Below, in pieces: positions 25,747 to 39,232 of a DNA stretch of 64,000 bases. The DNA lies in NCBI RefSeq assembly GCF_052425735.1, contig NC_135770.1, positions 29,822,001 to 29,886,000 of the forward strand, written 5' to 3'. The position numbers were made by a program, and so were the translations under genes. Source of the DNA: Oculina patagonica (lineage: Eukaryota). Position 1 is the first letter of the stretch. Every line of letters begins with the position of its first letter. A model generated the notes under the pieces. That model worked only from the letters and a program-made list of their open reading frames with translations, did not search any database and was not told the DNA's origin.

Positions 25747-28700
25747 TCACAAATATCTTGATCCCCTTTCACTCTTGACTTCATAAACAGGAATTTCTTG
25801 GATAGGTGGTGGATACACAATTCTGTCGTCAGTGAGATAGTATTCAGCTGCTCTTAATTCTAACAGGCGTCGCTTGAAATTTCTACCAGAGAGTATGACT
25901 ACGATAAACCAAATCACTACAGCACAGAATGAGGCAATCTAAGGGAGAAAAGGAAGGTACCTGTGTGTTAGAATATACAAAATGTGACAAGTGGGTAATA
26001 CAAGTATTTAAAAACCCAGTGGCTAGTGGTATTTCAACCCCCTCCCCTCCTCACTTTGGCCAATTTCTTTGACATTATTGTGATAAAAGAAATACTAAAA
26101 AACTTAAATGGCTTATTGTGCAGTCATGTTAGGTTTAGCATTTTCAAGAACACTTGAGAAATGCGAAAAGCATTCAACTGTGCCTTGTGCCCTCAGTATG
26201 CACTTCTCTTGCATTTCTTAAAAATACCCGCATGCATTGTTATAATTATAACTCAACACTGCACTGTGGGAACGTTTTTTATTTCTTTATTAGATGTGAT
26301 TTAATCTCTCTCTCACCTCTGCCATAAACAGAAAAGTGTAAAACTTGCTTCCGTCAATGTCAGCTGGTGTGTATTGAGTCCAATCCCACTTTTCTGCTTT
26401 TTGGCAGCTGAAATAAAATGTGACTGTTAGACAATATTAAGTAAATTTAAGAGGTGAAGGTCAAGTCAGTGTTTCAGCTAGTTCTGAGCCATAGTTGCTG
26501 GCACAAATCTGGTGTCTGTAGTATAATAAGACGGCTCTGATACTCCCCCAATGGGATGCTTATCCATTATCAGTATATTGATTGGTAGCCCCTCTAGCTG
26601 TAGCGTTTTGTCAGGTTGTTCCAACAAGTGGCTCCTGATTTAATATGAAATTTTCCCTTTAATCTTCAAGCATACACAAGGCAAATTGGAAGAAGAATCT
26701 AGCAGTTTATCAGAAGTCACCTTGTGACTTTATTTCAGGGACACCTTTTTGCAATTACTGTCTTGTGGCAACAACAGAACAACCCTGCTGGTCTGGTCAT
26801 GGCCGATGAAGCTTGAACTCAAACCCTTTGTCCTTTCCACATGGGGGGTATATTGTTAAAAAGAATAAAAGTAACCAGCATTAAATTATAGCTGCCTGTT
26901 TGTGTCAATTAAAATATAATAATTATTCAGCAGTAATATGATAAAAATATTATTTACAATATTTTAATATTTTGTTGACCAACATTGGCATATTTTTGGA
27001 TTTAGTTTTTCTAGTAAGACACACCTTTCCACATTTCCATTATTGGTTACGGAGTTGCACCACTCTGTAAAGCCCATTACAATGAAGATAGCACACACCA
27101 AACAATTGATCCATGCGATGGCTGACAAAATGCAAGTAGCAAATTTGAAGTAAACCACCCTAGTTTGGGTAAGAAAAATGTGAAGTCAACATGATTTCTG
27201 CCTGCAAGACCACACAGTCAAGAAGATTTTCTAAAGGGGTTTACAAACTAAGGACAAATTAAACTTGCACATTTTTAGATAAATAGTAAGAATTATATTT
27301 CTTGTTAATGGTTTTTGTTGTTTGTTTTCGTTTTGTTTTTTATGTAAAAGCTGAAAAAAATTGTTAAGTATCTTGTGGAGGGGGACAGGGGGGGGGGGGG
27401 GGCGGGAGGAGAAAGGGCGAGAAGTGGGATTCTTAAGGGTGATGGGAACCGGGAGAAAACGAGTAAAATTTTGTAACATTTCATTATATTTCGCAATGGA
27501 CATGGAGCAAACAGGAGAGAACAGCTACGGAGAGGGGTGGGAGGCAGGAGTAAAAGGTACAAGAAGCGGGAGTAAAAGGTACGGGAGGCAGGAGGTTCAG
27601 ACCCCCCTGTCCCCCCCCCACTATCTTGTAAGCTGTAAGTGGAAGTGCTCAGGGCAACTTAATCTCTACTCAGTAAAGGAAAAGGTATATACCAGCCATT
27701 TTTTGTAATAAATCATTTGTTGTGTTTTTCCAAAAGAAAAAACAAACCTCAAACATGGAAGATTTTTTGGTTTGAGCCCCTTTAACCCCTTTAGAATTTC
27801 CAGTTTAGCCTTATACTTTCTCTTGAAATATTAAGCTTTTGAGATTCCCTTCCCCCTTAGAAATTCCAATGACCTTCCTTTTATGCATGGGGTGAGTATG
27901 GAAATTATCTGGAACCAGTATTTCACTGAGGGGGGGGGGGTGGGGTGGGGAGGGGAGTGAGGCTACAAAGGGTACATGATCCAGTTTTCAAAAAGGTTTG
28001 TGGAAGGGGGTTTGTGTCTGAAAAATAGGTAAATATTTAAACATAACTTGAACATGCTAATAAATAGAAAGTTCCTAACTTGGGATGCCAAAACAGTTCT
28101 CCTCAGGGTGTGCTTCGTGGATGGGTCCAGTGGGTGGGGGTATTATTATCACACAACTTGAATTGGTAAGCCGGGTAGCAGCCCTCGCAAGGTTTCACAT
28201 GAATGGGGTCTTGGTCACTCTACTAATGCCCCTAGCCCCCCCCCCCCCCCAAAAAAAAAAAAAAAAAAAAAAAAAAAGCAACAGTGCTACACTAGAGGAC
28301 TGGTACAATTACAAGCTTATATTATGAGCGCTGCTACACTGCTGTAAATTATGCACCTATCAATGGTTTGCCCCAGGATGGGGGGGGGGGGAGGGGCAAC
28401 CCACGGGAATTTGACATCGCGAAGGTCTCCAAGGGTAGGGATTTTGACATCTAAAATGGTCTGCTGGGTTAGAAATTTAAGAGGAGATTTTTGAAATTTG
28501 ACATTCACTAGGTGCCCAGGGGTGGGGAATTCGACTCTGGATTCCAAAAAATGTCATTCCCCTGGGGTTGCCCCCCCCCTCCCATCCTGGGGCAAACCAT
28601 TCAAAGGTGCATTATTTAATTTGTACTGTAGATTATTAATTTGTATGCGCTGGAAATAATTGAAAATAAGATATTGTCCATAATATTACAAAATAATCAC

Positions 28701-29102
28701 AAAGTTCTGAGTCAAATAGAGCCTAAGTCACTACTTTAATTTACCAAGGAAAAATAATATTTGAGTCTCTTTATAAATAATAAAAGAGGAATTCTGATCT
28801 TTGACATAATAATTAATTTAATTAACACCTTACCTGAGGCTTTCAGTTTCCACATTGCAGCACCATTTGAGGAATCCTAGCAAAGCTGCTAAAATAGCAT
28901 TAGCCAAAGACGAGTAAAACGTGAATGTACAGTATCTCTGGTTTCCTGCGACCACTGTGTTCGTTAAAATGTCTAGCTCACCAAAAAGTAAACAACGATA
29001 TTTCAAGTTAGACTCGTTCAATTTAAGCGGCACTGAGATACAACATCCGGCAGCCAGGGCTGCAACGTAAAGATAATTTTCATACACTTCACCTCGATTC
29101 AT
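25747..29102 (-). CDS. TMEM179: TMEM179-like 4-TM protein (paralog B), 228 aa
   Basis: Exons 29102-28834, 27159-27025, 26407-26317, 25938-25747 (phases 2,2,0). RCLLFG, YCTF, GFTEWCNSV, CQKAEKWDW..DGSKFYTFLFMAE. Confidence 0.8.
28350..28613. mobile_element. MITE
   Basis: TIR atgcacct..aatggtttgccccaggatggg / cccatcctggggcaaaccatt..aggtgcat. Confidence 0.7.
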
Positions 29103-29320
29103 TTTCCCCTAGAGAAAGTGTTTGTACACTGACAAAATGTCAATCGTAGCTAATCGTGAATCGTGGAGACATCGGTATGCATGCAAACTATCTGAAGAAT
29201 GTTCGTCGCTGCAGCTTCGGATCTCCTCGGAGAATTTTCGTTAATTTTCGTTATAGCTTCGTTTCGCGAATAGTGACCAGGCCCCTCCTTTCCGCACGCC
29301 CATGAGAAAGAAGAGCGAAA
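29103..29320. promoter_or_regulatory. Bidirectional promoter (TMEM179-like B / PRPF39)
   Basis: Divergent ATGs 218 bp apart; CpG-rich relative to flanks. Confidence 0.6.
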
Positions 29321-30774
29321 ATGGCGGCGGTGGCGGATGGTGTCGCTCCTGAAGCAGAATCAAGCGAAAATCTCATCCATCCTGAAGGTAATGGTCGTGA
29401 TATTTCCGTTTTTCAAAATATTTTGTTTTCGATAAAATATCTCGTTAATTATTTTTAGTTAAAATGATTGAAAATCAAGAGCAAATGCTGCATTGCACGC
29501 ATGTGATGCTTTTGTCGTTTTGGGGTGAGTTTTGATGCGTCTAATTCGTGAATTTTGAATTGAAATTAAATTCAGGTGCTAAAGAAAGCAGTAGCAAGAC
29601 AGACGAAGGCAATGTCGATACAAACATGACTGAAACAAAGGAGAATGGAGCAATTACAGAAAGTCATGAAGATTCCACAGACGCCCCTGTTGTTGAAGAA
29701 AAAGAAGTCGTCAACGAGCAAGAGCTCAAGTACTGGAAGGCTGTGAAGGAAAATCCAGCGGATTTTACAAGCTGGACATATCTTTTGCAGTTTGTCGAGC
29801 AAGAGGTTTGTGCACAAATAACTCTGCTGTTTATAATCTTACCTTGAAGTCGCGTTTATGAAGTTCGAATGTGTTGTGAATTCCATCCGTAAAATTTATT
29901 CCAAAAGCATGCACGTTTTCTGACAAATCATTCTCTTTGTTTAGGATAATTTTAGGCCTTTACTTGGATAAAACCGTGCAAGTCAGCGTTTGTAGAAACC
30001 ACATTTGAGGTTATTTCTTGTTGCTTTATCAGCCTGGACTTTGCTTTTAGCAGATGGTGGACTGGTTTGTGCTAACTTTGTTATTTGCCCTCTTCTTTTA
30101 TGTAGAACAAGCTTTCTTCTGCAAGGCAAGCATTTGATGCTTTTTTCAAGCGTTACCCTTATTGCTATGGGTACTGGAAGAAATATGCAGATATGGAGAG
30201 GAAGAATGGCAACGTTGACAAAGCTAAAGAGGTATGCACAGTGTTTGTACTAATTAAATTTGCCCAATTCGGTTTGTACTATAGCTGAGAACACAGAACA
30301 CACAGTGTTTCATCAGAAAAGAAAAATATGACATGCACAAGAATATTTGGCTAAACTGCAGCATATCCTGTAACTTATTTGCATCTTATCGAGTAACAAC
30401 AGCATCTTCTGTTTCATGCTTTGTTCACCAAAGGGTTTCAACATGTTGAATCTCATTTGTGGGGTATTTTGCAATCCACAGTAAGAAAAGAGACGGCGGC
30501 TGTACATTTTACCACAATATCTTGCAAAACCTAACACAGCCAGTAGAAACATAAAAAGCCATATGTTTTCCAAAAATTTGCCCCTGTTCTAACAGCATTG
30601 TATGTGCTAAGTTTGAAGTTTTTAGAACTTTTATGTGCGTTTCTTTAAACGTTTTTAGGTTTTTTACGCTAGAAATGGGAAAATGTACCAGTCGCCTTTT
30701 TTTTTTGCATACTGTGGATTGCTCTGGAACTAAAACTATAGAGTAAACAGATAAATAAAATTTACTCTTTATTT

Positions 30775-30818
<44 letters not shown>

Positions 30819-33800
30819 CATAAAATTCTATGCTAATTAAAATGAGCCATCCAGACGTCCATCACAGTTGTGATTTTCTTTCTTTCTGTTATGATTTCCT
30901 TTGCTTCTCCACATACATGTATCAACCATATCTGGATGGCTACCAAATGAAACTTATGAAACTATTGGAAGCAATTGGTTTTCTCAGACATGTACTTTTT
31001 TCATGTTGTTAGGTATTTGAGGGAGCTATTGCTGCCATTCCTCTAAGTGTGGATTTGTGGGTACACTATCTCAACTTTGCTTCTCAATCTACTAAGGGTC
31101 AGATTGATGGCCCTGAGGTCATGCGAAGGTAACTTTGCTCTGCACTGTTGATTCAAATACTGACATTGATTGTCTACTCTCTAGGAAACCCATTCAACCA
31201 AGACTTGAAGAGAATGTAAATGGTTTCATTGGGGTAGAGAATGCACACCAAGGAAAAAATCACCGTTGATGAGTGTGTTTTTTGTTCAAACTTTGAGAGT
31301 TCTGTTTTTGAATTTTCTGATTGTTTTATTTTTGGCAGTTCATCTAACCCCCATACTTTGTTGTGCCATGTATTTCTTGTTAATAACAGTTAGGCTGGTG
31401 TTGATAAACAGTAGTGAGCGTACGTCGCAACCCATGCTGGCCTCTTCCAGGTCATTTGGTATGGGGTACTTTACTGATGGAAAAGGTATTTTCATGCTTC
31501 ACTCCATTCAGTCCTGATTTAAACATTTTACATCTCAAGTTGGCCAACTCCATTCTCTTACCTAGTAAATTGCTTTCTTAGTTCGTTCTTTTGTTTTTTG
31601 TTGTTATTTTGTAGTTTATTCGAGAGAGCGGTGTCTACTGCTGGGGAAGAGTTTCGTGCAGACAAACTGTGGGATGCGTACATTGAGTGGGAAAAAAGCC
31701 AGGGTCAGCTACAGAAAGTTACAGCTTTGTATGATAGAGTCTTCAAGGTTCCTACTCAGAATTACAGCCAGCATTTTGAAAAGTAAGGGTTTTGTTTTAT
31801 CTACAATATCTGCAAAATACAGTCCTTCAATATAGTTCAGTTTGGTAATAATTTGGATTGGTCTATTGTTACCAGACAACCCATAAATTCTTAAACATGG
31901 TTGTTCCATGCTGTGCCTTCCTGCCTTGCCTTGCTGTGCCATGTTATGCCAAGCCATACTCTACTTGACTGAAAATATTTTTTTGTTGTTGTTTTAGGTT
32001 TAAGCAGCACATCAACACCAACCCGATAGCTGCTGTACTGTGTACTGAAGAACTCCTTAAACTCAGGGCAGAAGTGGCAGCTGCTCCTCCTGGTTTAACA
32101 TCAGCAGAGGCTGAACCTCTTATTAGTGTAGCTTCCTCTTCAGGCAATCCACCAGGTAAGCATAAACAACACCAAATCCTGGCGACCAAGCCATGAGCCC
32201 CCATGCGGAAGGGAAGACAGACCAACACACTGATTAAACAGTGGAAAGAGAGGGAGGGGAGGGGAGGGGGGAACAGCCTTGATAACATGCTCCCATACAA
32301 AACAACGCTCACTGTAAACGCTATCACTGTAATGGCCCAACACGTCTCAGTCGGGGGACACATAGAATCCTGGCACATGCGCATGTCGAAACACTGCTGA
32401 TTTTTAAGGGAACACTGGCGGTTTTTGTTGTTAATTCCATTTATCTTTTGTTTTGTTGGTACCATCCACATGTTAATAACTTGTTTTATTTTTATTCGTG
32501 CAGGTGTTGATGATGAAGCAGATACTGACGAAGTAGCTCCAGGCACAGAGAACCTCGTTGCTCCTGGGGCAGAAAGTTCTGTCACTTCCCAGGTAATAGG
32601 TCGGACTTCATGATGGTGTCAAAGGGTGATGTGACAAAGCACAGCATTTAGAGCTAGAGTAGATGTGAAAGTTTATGGCTCTATTCTCCCAGAGGAGAGT
32701 TAGGAAATTACTCAGTGTGTCAGGTCATGTGACCTGACTTCCAGCTGCATTTAAAAAGTACAGTGAAGGGATCAAGGGCCTTTTTCAGCCAATTTTTGTT
32801 GAATCTCTTAAAAGGGTTCTGATTCTTCTTATCTGATCAGAAAAATGCACAAACCTCCCACAAATTTATGCTACATAATGTACATGCAGCTTATTATCTG
32901 GTTTCATGTGTTTGTTTCTATTGGACTTCTTTCTTTTTCTAGGATGATGCTGAGACGATCGCAATACGAGAAAAGGTTATTGCAGCTAGGCAGAAAGTCT
33001 ACACTGCTCTGGAAGAAGAAGTGCGAAAGCGATGGGCATTTGAGGAAGCCATTAAGAGACCGTACTTCCATGTTAAGCCACTCGAGCGAGTTCAGCTAAA
33101 AAACTGGAGAGAATATCTTGACTTTGAATTAAGCAATGGTGATCATAAAAGGGTTGTTACTCTTTTTGAGCGATGTGTAATTGCCTGTGCATTGTATGAG
33201 GACTTTTGGCAAAGATTTGCTTCCTACATGGAAGGGCACAGTGTTGAGGTATGCCGTCATGTGTATGAGAGAGCCTGTACAATACACCTTCCAAGGAAAC
33301 CCTCCATTCATTTAGCTTGGGCTGCTTTTGAAGAACAACAAGGTGAGTCAATTGAGCCCATGACCTTCTACACACTGGTTGGATGCTCAGACTACTGAGC
33401 TTAGAAGGGATGTAGAGGAAATAGTAAAATAAAGTTCACATTGCAAACTACATGTAAACTTTTAAGGCAACTCAGAAATATATTTTTGGCAATTACATGT
33501 ATGCCATACATATCATTGCTGTAAAGGATATTGGTTGGGGTGATGTCATGAACATGGAAAAAGACAAAGTTATTTGCAAAAATTATTATTTCTTTATTCC
33601 TATTATTTATCAAATAAAAGAAATAAAATGTACTGCAAGGAGTTTATATGGTCAATAAACACGATGAAACAAGCCCCCCCCCCCCCCATGTTTCAAAATG
33701 CTCTGCTGCCTCTGGAGGAAGACTGACTGACTGTGCAACATGTCCCACTTTCAGTGTAAAAGTGATCTGTTTGCCTTTTAGTTCTTGGTACTACTCCCCT

Positions 33801-36800
33801 TGTGTGCAACAACCTTTAAACTTATCTTTACACTGTTATTCTCTTTGTAGGAAATGCTGCTAAGGCATCAGAGATTTTGGCTGAGTTAGACAAGGGTGTG
33901 CCAGGCATAATAATGGTAAAACTGAAGAGAATAAACATTGAAAGAAGAAGAGGAAACTCTGAAGGCACTTCTGCTCTTTATGAAGAAGCCATGAATGAGA
34001 CTAGTGACCAGGAATTGGCAACATTTTTTGCTATCAGATACTCAAGATTCTTAGCCAAGGTAAAAGGATAAAAGGGCTGATTTTATTGATTGATACTTGT
34101 TTCCCAGAATTTTTAAATGGTCTGGTTGGGTGGATGGGAATTTTAATGTGAATGCATAATTGTTTTTTCAAATTTAACAGAAATCAAATGCAATCTTTGT
34201 AGTCTCGTGATTTGAAAATGAATAGGCTTCTAGATGTTCATCCTGTAGCTACTAAAGCCATTCAGATGTATTTATGTGTGACCCTTAATGATACACACAT
34301 GCACTGATTGCACAACTTGGATTGTTTTGTTTACATGTTAACATCAATTTAATTAGTCTTATTGAAATTAACAGGTTATGGGTAATGTGGAAAAAGCACG
34401 AGTGATGTTGAAAGGTGCCCTGGAAAAAGATAAGGTAATAATTATGTTAGTGAGTTAATACTACATGTCTGTATTGTTTAATTTGATGGCATTAATACTG
34501 TTGTTACGCCTTGTCATACATGTAGCTGTCATACATGTAGCTGTGAAATAAAGAGAGCATTTTCGGCTTTTTCTCCCTGGTGTTTAATTTTACAGTATCG
34601 ATCAAATGTAAGTTGACAGTCTCGACGCGAGACTCGATCGTCGCATCTCGAAGTTCGAGTCCCGAGGAACGAGAAATAAGGTGGTCTAAAAAATATCCAT
34701 TTTCTCGAGGAAACAATAAAAGCCGCTTGCACATTGTGTTTACCATCATAAAATTAATGTTATCATCGTTTTTTACCGAATGGTAATGAGGTTATGTTAT
34801 TGGCCTCATTTTCTCACTCGAACACTCACTCACTCACTCACTGGATTCTGATATCAAACCGCAATTAATTTATCATTAAACGAGAAACGTGCTGACAGAA
34901 AGGTCCTTTAAACGCATTCAGCACATGTCAATCAGAAACAAATTATTCTTCAACCTCGTTCCAGGGTCTCTCTCTTTCAGGAAACTAAATTGAATTTCAC
35001 AAAACAAATCGAAAGAGGATCACTTATACTTATCCTCTGGTGATAAAAGAGAATAGAATTCGCTCAACGAAGCCTCAGAGCATAGGCTATCAATGACCCA
35101 TTCACGTAAGAAAACATTCAAAGACGCGTTTTAGTAAACACAACATTCATGCACGTTTTTGTTTCGCGTCACATCATCTTCGTGTCACGTCATCCGTTCT
35201 TCATCTTTTTGAGTCGTGCAGAAACGCGCATCTTTCTCTCAAATTTTATTCGCTGCTTAAAATAACGCTATACGTGCTGGCAGAAAAGTAAACATATTCA
35301 CAAAACAAATTTACTTAATGCTAAAAAGGATCAAAGGTTACACTTAAATATTTTTGTGATAAAATAGAATTCGCGCTACGAAGCCTGAGAGCACGAACCA
35401 TCAATGATGCAATTCCCATGGAAAAATAAAACATTCACAGGGAAATAAAGTGAGATTGTGTTACATTATTGAACGCTTATTTGAAGAAAAAAAACTATCA
35501 ATGACCCATTCACGCAAGAAAACATTCGAAGGCAAATTAAGTGAGATTGTGACATTACTGATAGCACCTATGAACTACATATAGTTACGCTTAAACTGTT
35601 ATAAAAAATTATTACGCTCGCCTTGTGACGTGTTTTAGTCAACACAACATCCACGGCACGTTTTTGTTTCGCGTCACGTCACCTCGTGTCACGTCATCCG
35701 TTTTTTATCTTTTTGAGTCGAGCAGATACACGAAGTGCTCGGGCGTATCTTTTCTCTCAAATTTTTTCCGCTGCTCAAAAATAACGCTATACGTGCTGAC
35801 AGAAAAGTAAACATGTTCACAAAACAAATTTACTTAATGCTTAAAAGGATCAAAGGAAATACACTAACCGGTAAATATTTTGGTTGTGAAACTGAATAGC
35901 GCTACGACCACTGAGAGCACGAGCCATCAATGACGCAACTCACGTGGAAAAATAAAGCAAAGTGAGATTGCTTTACTTTATTGGACACTTATTTAGAAAA
36001 AATGCGGAGGTCGGCACTTCATTCATCGAATTACCATGAGGTTGCTCGAAGAGCCTTTGATTCTTTCTTTTTTTTCCCAGGATAATAAGAGACTGTACCT
36101 TCAACTTTTGGACATTGAGCTTGGTGCATATCCAGTGAGTGAAGAAAAGGTTGAAGAGGTGTTTGACTTGGTCCAGAACAGTGAACTGGACACAGAGGTC
36201 AAACAAGGATTCTCTCAAAGACAGATTGAGTTTCTTGAAGATTTCAGTGCCGACATCACCAAAATAATGGCGGCTCAGGAGAATCATGCTAAGTTATACA
36301 AAGGAAAATCTGCTTTAATCCCACTGAGCGGCAGAAAAAGATCACAAGACACAGATGGGTAAGACTTTGATTATTTTATCACTGTAACTGGTTTAGTCGG
36401 TCAAATGGAAAATAGCTTTTCCAGGATAGTGAGGTTTCTTTGTTAGTCTTTTCTGAATTAAAGTTACATATCGTTTGTACAGAAGTTTCCTAATACAATA
36501 CAGTGATGTACTGAACAAAGCAATGCATGAAGAACTTTAACAAGTCTCTTTTGGAATATATTGCTTAATAAGCTTAATAAGAAGTACTGGCTGTAATCAG
36601 CAAGAAGACTAGTTATCAATTTGTGAGGGGAGGCAACCTTTAGCTAGTGGATGTGTCTTCACTGTGACTCTTCACTCGTTCCCTGTTGCCAACAGAAATG
36701 CATTTTGCAACTTTGCAGTTCCTTGTCATATTATATTGCAGGGAACTTTTTTTGCTTTCTGCTACAGTTCTGAAAACAACAGGCTGTTTGATAACAATAG

Positions 36801-37706
36801 TGTTTCACTAGCCTGTTAAAGAAAAACTATAGTTTCTTTCTTAGTTGTTTCTGTCCAACATGAGCACAGTTTTGCTTGAAAGAATTTTAATTATATTTTT
36901 TTCTCTTCTTGTTACAGCTCAGACATCAAATCCAAAATATCAAAAAGTGAAGAAGTGACAGCCGCTGATAGCAGCCAGCATGTTACGAGCGCCGAGGCAT
37001 ACGACACATCATATTCGTCCGCTGCTGCTTACACTGCTGCCGCCTCGGCTTATAGCTACTCCACACCCTTGCAGAGCCAGTGGGCTGCATACTCCGCTGC
37101 ACACCCGGTAAGGCTTTTACTGATGGTAGTGTGTGTCTTATTCGGCAACCTTGCTAGTGAACAGGTCTGTTCAGTGACTGTTTGCTCGTTCCCTGTTGCC
37201 TATAGCAACTGTACTATTCTGTTTTCATAAGATCTCTGTTCTGATAATGAGCAGAGGTGAAGCAGATGTACTAACATTCTAAGCATCAGAAATGTTGTTG
37301 TTCCATTTGTCCTTGTATCATCAATCTGCAATGCACTGCACAACTGGGGTTTCCACGCAATATTATTTTTCTCTTTCTAAAAAAATATTGTGCAATCTAC
37401 AAAGAGAACCGGTATATTTTTTTTTTTTTCTTTTTGTAGTTACAATGAAATTAACTATGAAAACATTGAGTTGAGACATGCTCACCTCACACATACATGC
37501 AGTAAAAGGGGTGCGTGCAATGTGATGGGCGCATATTTTTGGGAGGGGAGATTGGTTTTGTGTTGAGATGTATGTTTTCCAAGCTATTATAAAATTTAAT
37601 GAACATCAACATTTTTCTGTTTCAGAACGCATACAGTAATTACAGTCAATGGTATCAACAGTATGGGGCTGCATATGGACATCACCACCAAACAGCCACA
37701 CAATAG
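29321..37706 (+). CDS. PRPF39: Pre-mRNA-processing factor 39 (U1 snRNP HAT-repeat protein), 723 aa, 13 exons
   Basis: Exons 29321-29387, 29576-29805, 30106-30231, 31013-31128, 31615-31782, 31998-32155, 32504-32592, 32943-33342, 33851-34059, 34375-34434, 36081-36358, 36918-37107, 37626-37706 (2172 nt, open). Motifs [58 protein letters not shown]. Confidence 0.95.
34769..36060 (+). mobile_element. HINE/DINE-like element with internal tandem duplications in PRPF39 intron 10
   Basis: Short subterminal IR atggtaat (34780) / attaccat (36030) followed by a gctc-gaa-gagc hairpin; (CACT)n near the 5' end; blocks repeated at ~34888, 35272 and 35792. Confidence 0.5.
36632..36769 (+). ncRNA. Box H/ACA snoRNA, SNORA10/snR37-like target (28S site equivalent to yeast Psi2944), PRPF39 intron 11
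   Basis: Hairpin GGCAAC...GTTGCC with pocket TTTAGCT / CGTTCCCT, H box ACAGAA (36692-36697) 15 nt from the pocket, second hairpin, ACA at 36764-36766. The pocket pairs with the conserved LSU rRNA sequence AGGGAACG-UG-AGCUGGG. Confidence 0.8.
37144..37279 (+). ncRNA. Box H/ACA snoRNA paralog with the same 5' guide, PRPF39 intron 12
   Basis: GGCAAC...GTTGCC hairpin with pocket CTTGCT / CGTTCCCT, H box ATAGCA (37202-37207) at 15 nt, second hairpin, ACA at 37274-37276. Confidence 0.78.
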
Positions 37707-39232
37707 ACAAAAAGATTCAAATCCTTGTAAATAGACAACCTGTATAGATGTTTCTGAGTAATCAGAAGTTAGCGCTTCTGGTATGGACTTCATAAAAGGT
37801 CATTAAGATGATCTGTTGTACAACTGTTCGAGAAGTGCCTAGATTGATCCTGGCATAGCTAGTTTCTCATGTTGAACTATGTGCTGATAAACTACAATTT
37901 TATATTCTACAACTCAAGATGTACATGTACTTGAATGAATCCTGATACAGTTGTGAAGTGCAAAGAAGCTCACATTTTACATTCACGTGATGACTTTGAA
38001 AGTAGAGATGTCCAGTGGTGGCTGATTGCATCCCACCTTTGGCGATGTCATAACGTTGCAATAATCAGTACAGAACTCAGAAAGATAATAAATTCAGCCC
38101 GAAATCTGCCAATTTGTGTTAACCAGCAGTCTTGTAAAACGTTCTACAGCATTAGCATTCAGCTTGTAATATACATGGTTTTAAAATAAATCTTTACAAA
38201 AAAAAAATATTGACAATGATCCAGTCCTTTTGTTTGGGTGGGGTAAGATTGAGTGGCATTCTCCCAAAACCAGTGATACCACATGTCACAACAATAAACA
38301 TAATAAAACAATGAGAGATACAGAAGTGCCTCTAGCCCGAGTTCTAGCTAGGATTTATCATTTGGAGAAGAAGTCCTGAGGCCACGAGCTTCCTAGGGGG
38401 TCCAGGGGCATGCCCCCCCCACCCCGGAATTTTTTGAAATGAATAGTGCACTGGGATGCAATCTGGTGCATTTTGAGACAATTAGTGTCTTTAGACAGGG
38501 AATACTTGCTTCATGAAAATTTTTTGATACAGTTGCTTATAAACTGTAATGATGATTTTTTTTTTTTTTGGGGGGGGGGGGGGGAGGGGGAGCTTCTACT
38601 CCACAAATACCCTGATATAACTGACACCTACTGCAAGATGTATGGCTAGTTATATTGCTAAGAACTTCACTAAACCTTTCGCCTTTGCCCCAATGAGGGA
38701 AATGGGCTGGAATTTGCTAAGGACCCAAGTAAATAATATTATCAGTGATCGCAAACCAGAGATTTCTTGGATAAAAAGCTTGACTTCCTTTAGATCTGCT
38801 AGGAGAAGTGTACAATATACCAACAAAACAAACTGTTTTTAGAAATAGCAGCAACATTACTTTTATTACACCAAGCTCGTTTAAAATAGCTGTTACAATG
38901 TATTTTCATTGCCTTTGCTTTATTATACACTTTGTACAAAATGAAGTGAAAAAAAGATTGTTTTCACAACTTTGTGTGGCAAAAAATATTGCACCATCCA
39001 GCCTAAGCCTTTATAATTATTTATTTAAAGAGAATTCTTAATGTGACAAACTGATAAAATCTATAATTTTGATTTAAGGTTGGTTAAATGTATGTACACT
39101 GTTCAGAAAGTACACTGTCTAACAAACCTTGTATTCACACGTGTATAAGCTGCTTGCCCTTTCTAGCTGGAATTCTAGTGTTTTTTAAGCCCGAGTCTGC
39201 TGGGTTAATAGCTCAGTTCAAATTAGTTGTCA

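Noticed and set aside
19674-29102. TMEM179-like 4-TM proteins as CBASS-style effectors of the cGLR
   Set aside because: No nucleotide-binding domain is evident, they are separated from the cGLR by sororin, and operon logic does not apply here.
31944-32585. 213-aa minus-strand ORF
   Set aside because: Antisense shadow of PRPF39 exons 6-7 with no motif support.
30340-32900. Additional snoRNA-like hairpins in PRPF39 introns 3, 4 and 7
   Set aside because: I could not find correctly spaced H/ACA or C/D boxes together with an rRNA-complementary guide.
36699-36763. 3' hairpin of snoRNA copy 1 could pair with 18S GGGAGUA-UG-GUUGCAAAG
   Set aside because: Needs several G-U pairs and places the target ~11 nt from ACA rather than 14-16; not claimed.
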